The translations under genes and the position numbers were made by a program. A stretch of 61,016 bases of DNA, counting the filler, from Sphacelaria rigidula (lineage: Eukaryota), in NCBI GenBank assembly GCA_964200075.2. It is 8 parts of 8 records of this genome, joined end to end, with 100 filler letters (N's around TTAATTAATTAA, not from the genome) between each part and the next. Parts side by side here need not be neighbours in the genome. Positions count along the whole stretch, not along the records: positions 22,922 to 30,460 come from CAXNAA020014434.1; positions 30,561 to 38,099 come from CAXNAA020014435.1; 6 more parts are not named here. One strand, written 5' to 3'. Positions 23,175 through 33,319 of the stretch are shown in pieces. The notes under the pieces are model-generated. The model saw only the letters and a program-made list of their open reading frames with translations. It had not been told where the DNA came from and ran no database searches. How positions within the stretch are numbered: position 1 is the first letter of the stretch; every line of letters starts with the position of its first letter.

Positions 23175-26100
23175 TGGCTCCAGCACCCACTGTGCTGGTA
23201 TACGTCTGCAGACTGCTGCCGAGATAGCCCCCCCCCCCAAAACGGCCAAAAACGTGCACGGAGGTGATGATCATAACTGCCGTTAAAGCTGGTTTCGTGC
23301 TGCACGACGCGACTAATTTGGGCGTAGGAGCTGATTTCGAACTGCTGCACGCCTCTCATGTGGGCGAAATTGCTTCAATCGAGCCCAATAGTGGGATCGC
23401 AGCCGGTTTGTTGGATGGTGCCGGTGCACTTTTTGTGGGGGGGCTATCTCGGCATCAGTCTGCAATTCGAACGTGCTGTTGAAGTCGGGGAAAGCGAGTA
23501 TCTTCGGGAATGCTCGGGAAGACTTGAGTGTCTGGAATGCTGCTCCCGAGTCATCACCCCACGGAGTGGTTAACTTTCGTGCACGACGTGAGGCAAACTC
23601 TTTGTTGCGAAGAATGTTGGTCAGCAGGGCGGCTACGATGCTGTACTTCTCGACAAACTGTCTGTGGTACCCGGTGAGTCCGTCAAACGAACGTAGTTCC
23701 TCAACAGTGCGTGGGCGTGGCATCTTAGCAACTGCGACGAGTTTGGACGGGGCCGGTTGTATGCCTGCACTATCGATCAACATGCCAAGGAACCCCTGGA
23801 ACGGTGCTGCAAAGCTGCATGTGGCGAAGTTCACCGAACATTCGGCAGTCGACAATCGTTGCAAGATCATGGTAAGTAGAGCCAAGTGCTCGTCCCACGA
23901 GGAGCTGGCTATGGGGATGTCATCTACCTAGCTATGTATGCCATTCAGGTTGTCTATCGTTGATTCCACTCTACGCGTGGATGCCGCCGGGAGTACTGGC
24001 AGTCCGAAACCCGCCCCGGTGGACTCGAAGAGTAGGCCGTCTGCATCTCTGTTCGCCGTTTCGTGACGGTCCTTCTCAACAATCTTAATTTGGTGAAATC
24101 CTGAGGCTAGATCTTGTTGCGTGAAATATCTCTTGCGTTTGAAAACATCAAGTATAGGTTGTTTGTCACCCAGCCCACCGCTATCAGACACTAAAAACAG
24201 GTTTCGAGCACGCTAGTCGATGCACAGTCGCAAGGTCCCATCTTTCTTTTTGACGCGAAGACATTGCGCGGCCCAGGGAGAAGTTGAGGGGCGAATAACT
24301 TCGCGATCAAGAAGCTTATGAATTTCTTCTCTGGCAGTTCGGCGTTCTTCCGGCGAGAAACCACGTTGTTTCGCAGCAAAGTGTGAGCTAGTCTCGCCAA
24401 TCAGTGGCAATTATATCTTACCATTGATGAGGCTGGCACCCGCTTGGGATCCGTAGGAAAAAGCCCTGCTTCCACGAAATCCCGTACGAGGCGTACACGT
24501 CAAGCTATCTCTGCTCCCCCAAGCTGTCCCATGTTTGTATCCGATACCCGGACCTGGCGAGGTTCTGAGGGTAGTCGATCACTCTCGGGGCATGAAGGGG
24601 GTGTGGGCAAAGTAGGTTGGTCTACTTCTGATGGTGTGTCGTCGAAAAGTGAGTGAAAGTGAGCAGGATCGCGCACATTGATGGCTATGCGCGCGATTGT
24701 CCCGGAGGGTTTCAATTCGGCCCTATCTTCCCTTCTCTTGACTAATTTACAGTACACCGGAAACCCTGGTACCCACCACAACACCCCTTTGGCTATCCCC
24801 GCCAATGCTTCACCGCCCAGGTCGTACTTAGCCAAGGGCAGCATCAGGACTAGCTGCCTGTCCTGCAGTTAGGTCCCATAGTCACCGTTTCCACCGCCAT
24901 ACTCACAAACCCATCAATAGAGACGGAACGGTCAGCCAGCCTCACGTTCCACTCCCTCGTGCCGTCGTCTTTCCAGGGGACGTCACTGTAACTGTGGAAC
25001 TTACAGGGCGCTAGCGAAGGCGTGGCTAGCGAAAGGGCTTTTCTGAGCAGGTCCAACGCAGAGAGTATATTCTTGGTGATATGTCGGGGGCTATCGTGAG
25101 TCAAAAACGGAGTCCACGGCGCGAACGGGGTGGGGCGAAACCCTCGACTTGCTTTCAAATCCAGACTGCTACGATTTGCCCTGAAAGCCTTGGCCCCCCG
25201 AACGAGCCCTGAAGGTAGATCCTCCACCACCCGGACAACCACCTTACGAACGCAATCGTCCTTAGTGAATAAGATTGGTATCACGGCCAATCTAATGATA
25301 GACACCGAGGGTACATCATTCTGCGAGGGGTTGGCGGCTCGAAGGGCGCCAGCGTTGTTCGTGCCGAGCTTGGCATGGATTACTTCTGCTTTTATGAGGC
25401 AACGCCACGAAAACGTAGACATGTAATTGCCCCCATCTGCCCCGGTGTCCAACAATACCTCGAGTGGCCACGGCCTCCGAGCCCGGATCAAGTGCCAGAT
25501 CTCTTCCGCTACCCACAGTTGGTCTCCGAGTCGGCGCTCGATGGTCGCCACCTCCTTCTCTCGCAGGTTACCCAGATTGATAATACCTGGTGCGTCCCCT
25601 TATTTGCCGCCGTTGCCGTCAGAGGACGCTCCCTCGTGATTGTCGTCTCTTCCCTCCCTTTCATCATTGCTACCCTCGTTGATCAGTCTCATGTCGAGCG
25701 CGGCTAAGTATTGGGCTTCCGTGAGGGCCGCGAGTCGCTTCTGGGGGATGGCGGTTCTACAGCGGGCCTTGACGTCCCTGTAGTGAGTCGGCGCGATGAT
25801 ACCGTGTGAGTATGGGCAGCGAGTGCGATCACGATGGCGGCAGGCACTAGTGAAAGCGTGACCGTAGCAGATCTTGTTCCTGCGGAGGTAGTCGATGACC
25901 TCCTCGCGGTCCCCCGTGGGGGAGGGGGCGGCTTGCTATTCGCTGGTGCTTACAGCCGACGACGAGCTCGGAGGCGGAGCGGGTGTAACGGACGAAGAAG
26001 AAGACGCTCCTTTCGCGGCCGCTTTCTTGGCTTGAGTCTGCACGTCTCTGGCTGACAGGTGCTTCTGTTCCACGAACGGAACACCGTGCTGTCCGGGGAT

Positions 26101-26480
26101 CGTCCCTGGTGTGTTGTTGAACGCTGCAGCTAGGGCCGGTGTCTGCTGCTGAAACGTATTCGCACGATTGCGGTCGTGCGTACTCAACCCGCGATAGGAT
26201 CCTGGGAGCAGACGCATGGGCTGCGGCAACACGGGGAATCGAACCTTCATTTTTGCCGCGAAGCGCAGCGAGTTGTGCAGGCGGCATTTACCTAATACTA
26301 TTGAGGGGAAACGGCGGTCTGTTCCTACACGGGTGGCCACTGGTTCCAGGTTGTAGGACCTTGCAGGGCCACCTTGCCAACCTGGGCCATAAGCTACCTT
26401 ATCCGATTTCCGACCTTGCCAAGGTCCAATTTCCAACCTTGCCAAGGTCTATTATAGACCTTGCACAGGGTCCCGCATTA
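23175..26480 (-). mobile_element. Ty3/gypsy LTR retrotransposon, decayed (gag-PR-RT-partial RNase H; integrase absent)
   Basis: Protease LEVLLDTGADG; RT PSTSPWAA..VKKKDGTLRLCID, DLASGFHQI, GFGL, *VDD (YxDD Tyr replaced by a stop), FLG; RNase H start ILAFPDFNSTFELQT..STVGAGA. The order PR-RT-RH is gypsy-type. LTRs not delimited. Confidence 0.93.
23211..23460. mobile_element. 250-bp MITE with TGCA flanking duplication
   Basis: 24-bp TIR GACTG(C/A)TGCCGAGATAGCCCCCCC; TGCA at 23207-23210 and 23461-23464. Removing the element and one TGCA restores RNase H FELQTYTSTVGAGA. Confidence 0.9.
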
Positions 26481-28936
26481 GGACATGTCACAAAAGTCCC
26501 ACAAGACGTTGGACTCAATATCCAGAGGATTTGGTTGCAGTTGGGTATGTATTATATGCTTATGGTCCTCTCATCACACGATACTGCCGCTTCAAGAACA
26601 CAACACCAACAATCATAGGCTCCAACAAAATACAGATCATAGACGCCGGGCTAAGAAAGAGCCACTGCAGGAAAAGAAGTCACTGTGCTCGCTCAAGACT
26701 CATACTGCCAACAATGCAACACCTGTACCAAAGACCATTCCTCACACTCATTCAAGCCACTGACAAGCGACGTGTATGACGCCTCTTATATACTACAGCA
26801 GCCATACAAGCTCCTTCCCCCAACCTGCGATAAATGAAGATATGGTACCAGTAGTCGAGAGGGGGAAGAAGTACAACGCCCTTACTGTACTCGCACGTAC
26901 GTATACTACGATATAGTCGTGATGCCCGCTACGGTCAAGTGCTTCACGCATTTACTCTAGCACCCCTTGTCCGTCCTTCTGCAGTGCTTCCATGCCTCTG
27001 CATACCTCACGCGCCATACCATTCCCGTGCGACCGTTTATAGTCCCCACTCATCTTGATATCAAAGAGAAAATAATCAACAATACCCCCCCGCGCAGTCA
27101 ACCCACGAATACCCAAGGGCAACAAAATTGGGACATAATATGTGCAATACCAGATATGTCACTTAGCGGCCCCTGTGCGCCACCACGTCCCGGGAAGACG
27201 ATATGCATGACCACAACCCGTGGGAGAGTTTCATGAAAATATATTTTTGCTGCTTCACCACTACTCAATAACTATCAATCTCGAACGTAAATCTCGAAAC
27301 TGATCTATAGTAACACCAAGCGCCAGGCTGGGTCCTGATATATAGTAACACCACCTCAGGGTTAGGACTAGACCCCGGGGAAAGTCCTGGAATAACGGAT
27401 GGTTTTCTTGGAAAGCCGTCGTTCATTGTAACGGGTATAAAGCGTTCAAGCAAGGAGATTTCGATTTTGAACAGGGAAATATTTACTACGATACCCCTGA
27501 ATACTATTCTACATGTTTCATTCCGAGCGATGTTCTCCGAATACCCCCACGGTTGTCACAAACCCTATCTGAGGGGGAGGGTGCCAGTGCTTTCCGTCGC
27601 TGGATCAGACCCCGTTTAGGACCGTCAGGAGAGAAAATATTCAAACTACAGCTGATGCGGGTTCTTTATTTAAAGAAACGGCTCGGAAATTGCAAGCGCG
27701 TTGCACTACAGTAGTATTGTTCGACCGCCTCACCGCGAAACGGGTACTCAATATAGCCACGGCGGAAGTGGCCATACAAGGCGTAATAGCTGGTTCAGAC
27801 GGGATGAAGCGCCTCGCATGGGCACTACTACCGGCGAAACAACCCCAAACGTGGGATGAATCCTTACCCCCATTGTGTGTGTCTGCAGTTTTGTTGTGAG
27901 GCATCCATTTTATTCAACTAACGACTGTACTGTAGTGGTGCTGTACTCTGGTGTGCTGGTATACTTCAGCAGACTGCTGAATGATGCTGCGTTTCAAAGA
28001 TCGCTGGCGTCTGTCGCCGCATTGGATCGTTTCGCCGACCGCGGTCGTCGCCGGTGCAACAGTATGAAGTCTTTCTTTGGTACTCAACAAGAGGCGCTCG
28101 AAAACTCGATGACTAGTCCAAAGAAGTATGTTTTCAGCATGCTTTCTTGCGTGTTCCGTAGCGCTTAGACGCAGGTCCTACTCGAAAGATGCCGCACAAT
28201 CAGTGACGGCGATCTTCTGTTGGACTGCTCATCATTATGCTTGCGCTGCCGTGCAGAAACTTCTGGGTTAGAGTCATATGGTCGAAACCGGTTGCGAATC
28301 CCGAGCCTTTTGGACAAAACCAATGAAATTTCGATGGTCCGTTGAACCTCACCCAAATGTTGAACCTCAAAAACGAATCCAGGCTGTTTCAGGGTGACGA
28401 AGGTTTTGGGATCAGGGCGACCCACTTATCTTCAGCCATCTATCGTAAGGTCTGACGTGCCGCTTCAGAAGTCAGGACGGGACGAATAGGAATCACCACG
28501 ACTTCCACCAGGGATATGCGAAAATTCTACTCGAAATACTTGATCTTTGAATGTATATATATAATCTGACAGAGTATATGTGAAACAACTTCGGACTCGC
28601 TGAGGCGAGTCACTTGAACCAACTGTGTATAGGTGAACCACGTCACTTGAGTTTGGACAAGCTGAGACAACTTACTTGATCTTAGAAAAGGCAGGCAAGT
28701 TACTTGAACTGAGTACAGGTGAATCACGCTACTTGATTTCAAAGCAGCTGATGCAAGTTACTTGATCGTACAGTTGACAATTGGTTGGTGAGGCCAGTTA
28801 CTCAAAATCTGTACAGCTAGCTGCTGCGACAGGCTGCGGCGAAAGAGTCTTAGCTGCGGCAGGCTGAAAGATCGAAAACGTGGCGGTATTGTCACTTGAA
28901 CAAGAAACGTCATGAGTCAACTCACTTGTTATGCTG

Positions 28937-29280
28937 TATAACTCAGCTGCCGAGAATATGCACCGCTGAGAGATATGTTCTGTAGCTCACTCGGCCAGAA
29001 TATGCACCGCTGGGTTATCTTTTCTAACTTGCCCGGCCAAAGTATGCACTGCTGAGATATCTTCTATACAACGCACTCGGCCAGAATGCGCACCGCTGTG
29101 CACCGTTGAGTTATCTTGTATAACTCACCTGGCCATAGTGCGCACCGCTGAGTCGTGCTGTATCTCTCATCCGGCAATGATATGCACCGCTGAGGTATCT
29201 TCTATGCCTCAACCGGCCAGAATGTGCATCGTTGAGTTGTCTTCTATAACTCACCTTACCAGATTATGCATCTTTCAGTT
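28937..29280. repeat. Minisatellite, about 41-42-bp unit, about 8 degenerate copies
   Basis: Approximate consensus TATAACTCACCCGGCCAGAATATGCACCGCTGAGTTATCTTC. Confidence 0.85.
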
Positions 29281-29839
29281 ATTTTACAAAACTTACAGCT
29301 GAGTTGGCGGGTAATAAGTTATTATGCAGTACAACTCACCCAACCGAAAACATGCGTGGATCACAGGGATTAACACTACTACAATAGGCACCTGTGCAAG
29401 TGAACATACGTGATCACACGACACGTCTGTCGGGGAAAAAAACTTTCATGATAAAAAGTTTCGGACGATATTTTTTCTCGTCACAGAGTCAGAGTCGAGA
29501 GTGGAAGCGCTGAAACTTCAGAGAGGACACTAAAAAATTCATAGCGGAAGCTGATGTAACGTGGCTTGATGTCGAGTTCTTTTCTTCGCAGTGATTGGCT
29601 GCAGGTTGTGTCGCCAAATGTGCGAACGACCAGCGTGGAGCTCGAAAATGCACAGATCGACACAGCATGGACCCTAGCACACGCTGCGGCACCGTACGTA
29701 CCGTACACTACGCTTCAAACAATGTTTTCGTGATAGTGAGATTGAGAGTTGAAGATGCAATTGAGAGGGATTAGTTCATTCGAACGGCGCTAACGCGGAC
29801 CTTTCAAATTGTTCCACGACACTTCGTGTTGTAGCATAA

Positions 29840-30052
29840 TAGAGCTATCTCAAACTCGGCTCCCGGTATCCTGGTTTGTTTTGTTCTATTTTTTCAAGTG
29901 AAAGTGATGCCGATTCATCAGATGATGAGACCCGTTGATCGCCAGGTCAGGTCCTCCTATGCGTCGTGATCACTTTCACTTGAAAAAATAGTACACAACT
30001 TAGAGCCAGCGAATAGACCAGGATACCGGGAGCCGAGTTTGAGATACCTCTA
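29840..30052. mobile_element. MITE/foldback element
   Basis: TIR TAGAGCTATCTCAAACTCGGCTCCCGGTATCCTGGT mirrored with 1 mismatch; an inner inverted repeat CTATTTTTTCAAGTGAAAGTGAT; the terminal TA may be the TSD. Confidence 0.88.
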
Positions 30053-30460
30053 ACAAGAGGCTAGTTGACCCTTGGAGGAGCAAACCTCCTCAAACATTGA
30101 GTAGAGTTTTTGTTGCTCCGTTCCCCGTCCTCCAACAAAGTCCATGGCCGGTCTTGTCGGTACGGCGTGGGGAGAGTATTTTCGGCGAGTGTAGGGCCGG
30201 AATCACCTTCAAGGAGTGATTCATTCTCACTGCTACCCTTGGCCAAGGCTGTGGTGTGGTGGTAGGGTTGGGTCAACACGGTGCTCATCAGACACAGTCA
30301 CCCCTGTTGTAGTTCAGCAGTATAATATGTTACAACCTGAGTGCGGGAATATCCTGCGTTACAAGCAGTATAATGTGTCAACACCCTGAGTGCGGGCATG
30401 TTGGGATACGGTGTGTGCGCGGAGGCAGTTGGCACCGCTCTCGAAAGCTGGCACGCACAC

Positions 30461-30560
30461 NNNNNNNNNNNNNNNNNNNNNNNNNNNNNNNNNNNNNNNN
30501 NNNNTTAATTAATTAANNNNNNNNNNNNNNNNNNNNNNNNNNNNNNNNNNNNNNNNNNNN
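30461..30560. other. Artificial contig spacer
   Basis: N44-TTAATTAATTAA-N44. Confidence 0.98.
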
Positions 30561-30719
30561 ACCGGTCCTCACGTATCTTGGCTATCGATCTCATTGAGCG
30601 TGGCGGCGGAAGCCGCCGAACCCCTTGTATATATACATATATTCGTACCACGAGAGTAGAGTCAAGCAACGGGCAACCGTTTCGTGATACAGTACTCGTA
30701 GAGACCGGTTCTTGCCGTT

Positions 30720-31140
30720 GGAATTTTTTCAGTGGGGTGTTCTCCACTGTTGAGACATTTGACACAGTTTTCGCCATCACGCGTCTTAGACTCTTAGTAT
30801 CACCCCAGCGGAAGGAGTCTAGCCCACTTTTCCGATGGGCCTGGCTCCAAGGTTTCGAGACTGGCCTCTGGACAAAATTACAGGTGGACGAAAATATGTG
30901 GTGTCTGCAGGTCAGGACACGGCTTTTGGCTTCAAACAGATAATATCGCCTTTACACATCCTGGACACCTTGCATCACCCCACCAAGAGGAGTCTAGCGC
31001 ACTGAATCGGAAAATTGGGTTGGACTCCTCTCGGCGGGGTGATGAAAAGTGTCCAAGACGTGTGAAGGTCATCTTACCTGGTTGGGAGTCAAAAACCGTG
31101 TCAACTCTCCCTCAAGTGGACAGTGCGCTCCCCCGAATGA
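30720..31140. repeat. Degenerate palindromic/foldback repeat
   Basis: ATCACCCC...GGAGTCTAGC units in direct (about 30798, 30975) and inverted (about 31010-31060) orientation. Confidence 0.6.
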
Positions 31141-31195
31141 AATTTAGCTGGACATGAAATAATACGGTATCAGCCGTGATCTGAAGTGATCTCTC

Positions 31196-31993
31196 CAAGG
31201 GTAGGTTGAGTAGAGTATACTCAATACTCAGATTTTTTAAGAGTCATACTTTTAGTACCAAAAAATTGAGTAGAGTATTGGAAGCCGTACTCAACGTACT
31301 CAAAATTTGAGTAGAGTATTTGAGACCATACTCGACCTACTCGAAATTTGAGTAAAGTATTGAGGTTATACTCAAGTGATACTCTATACTCAAGTATCAC
31401 TGAGAGTGCTTACTCAATTTTTGAGTAGAGTATTTGAGGCCGTACTCGACCTACTCAAAATTCGAGTAGAGTATTTGAGACCATACTCAACCTACTCAAC
31501 ATTTGAGTAGAGTTTTTGAGGCCGTACTCGACCCCCTCAAAATTTGAGTAGAGTATTGAGGTCATACTCAAGTGATACTTGATACTCAAGTATTACTGAG
31601 AGTACTTACTCAAAATTTGAGTAGAGTATTTGAGACCATACTCAACCTATTCAACATTTGAGTAGAGTTTTTGAGGCCGTACTCGACCCCCTCAAAATTT
31701 GAGTAGAGTATTGAGGTCATACTCAAGTGATACTTGATACTCAAGTATTACTGAGAGTACTTACTCAAAATTCGGGTAGAGTATTTGGGGTCGTACTCGC
31801 TCTACTCAAAATTTGAGTAGAGTAATGGAGGCCGTACTCGCCCTACTCAAATTTTGAGTGGAGTATCTGAGGCCGGATCCGATGTACCGAAAACATATAC
31901 AGTAACTTCAACTTCAATATTCAAGTTCGTACGCAAAATACTCAAATTCGGGTAGAGGAAATACCGAGGTATTCCTAGAGTTGCCCACCCATG
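31196..31993 (+). mobile_element. TACTC/GAGTA-motif MITE-like element with internal tandem array
   Basis: Ends CAAGGGTAGG / CCCACCCATG; about 39-bp subunits arranged in a 155-bp higher-order repeat (GAGTAGAGTATTTGAGACC at 31309, 31464, 31619). Confidence 0.8.
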
Positions 31994-32139
31994 ATGAGTG
32001 TTGATTCGGGGTCAAACTGTCTTGTCAAACCGTGGCCGGTAGAGTCGCTCATTTTGATGATACCTACTCGATAACTCGATAACTCGATGAGTAGCGCTCT
32101 GTACTGGAAGTGATATCGAAGGCGTTAAGAGGTATCGAG

Positions 32140-32421
32140 TACGTTACACGTTCACGTTCACGTTACGTTCATCACGTCAAAAATATTTCACGTTCACGTT
32201 ACGTTACATATGTCACGTTAAATACATTTGATCGTTACGTTAACGTTTTATATGAAAAGTCAAGGTTATGTTCACGTTACGTTCATCACGTGAAACAAAA
32301 TTATCGGTTCGTTTCGTTACATGTAACGTAATATGAAACGTTTCAATGTCACGTGTAACGTCTAATATAACGTTACGTTAACACGTGTAACGTTCTAACG
32401 TAACGTTTCATTCTGTGCATG
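32140..32421. repeat. ACGTT/TAACGT-motif array (probable MITE subterminal region)
   Basis: Dense ACGT-core repeats ending ...AACGTTTCATTCTGTGCATG. Confidence 0.7.
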
Positions 32422-33319
32422 TCGCGGCTCATTCACCCAGTAGACTTTACCACTCGGTAGTTGACAGATAGTTCTCGGAAATTTCCGGTTTGTGGACAGG
32501 TACAGTATTGGATTTCAGTGTGAACACCGAAATCCGAATCTTTGGAGGGCGCTATGCTCCTGGCGTGCTCTTAGGGTGCGCAGAACGCGTTTTTGTCTAA
32601 TTCGGCGCCTGGGGCGCCGATTTGAGGTCTGGCAACGCACACTTCGCCTCGGAAACACGTTGTACCCCTCCTGCTCGAGGGTTCTCGGTACGTCTTCGTT
32701 GGGGTTGGGGTTAGGGTTATTCACCAGTAGGGTGTTTGCGAAGACCAAAATCGGGTCCGGTCTTGAAATCCAGAGCAAGACCGGAATGTAACCCTACTTC
32801 GGTTCAACAACTAGGTTTTAAAGAGCCCACCGACTTTGATGATACGAAGACCAAATTTTGGTCTTGGGCTCGGGCTTTCCTATTGGTCAACGTTCTCAAG
32901 TCTGCGTTACGGTTTTGGATCACTCTGGTCTGGGGGGCATAATATTTGCCCCCAAATTCCGCAGCCAAAAGACCATTCTGGTCTTCCCTCGGTTTGGTCT
33001 TTCAGATATGCATGCTATAGGCTGAAAGGCCCGAAGGGTTTTCCGTTCCCCCGGCACATACCACACCAGCTCCATCATCGCGCGTAGGGCGCGCACCAGG
33101 CCACACGCCGAGAACGGTTGGTGTGACAGTGGTGTTTTCGTGGAGTCAGCACAGCAGCATATATTATGCACAAAGAACGAGTGTTGAGCACAACTTGACA
33201 CAGACAGCGAGTAGCTCGAACAACATGAAACAAACGCGACGTGCATACGGCTTGCACGAGAGTTCAGAGCACGAGAAGGGAGCAAGCATGTGATACAGCA
33301 GGGGACGTTTATTTACTCA

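Noticed and set aside
26358..26472. Cluster of GACCTTGCCAAGGTC palindromes upstream of the gypsy zinc finger
   Set aside because: Explained at least as well by PWQG-like peptide repeats in low-complexity gag, since CCT TGG CAA GGT is near-palindromic by itself.
28937..29280. CRISPR-like regular repeats (also 31196-31993)
   Set aside because: Units are contiguous degenerate tandem copies without unique spacers, there are no cas genes, and the context is eukaryotic.
30061..30460. Possible LTR end (…CAACA on the minus strand at about 30305) followed by a short ORF
   Set aside because: No recognisable primer-binding site or gag motif, and the contig ends before it can be tested.
32699..32718. 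Telomere-like TTGGGG/TTAGGG run
   Set aside because: Only about three units inside a dispersed repeat; not a telomere.
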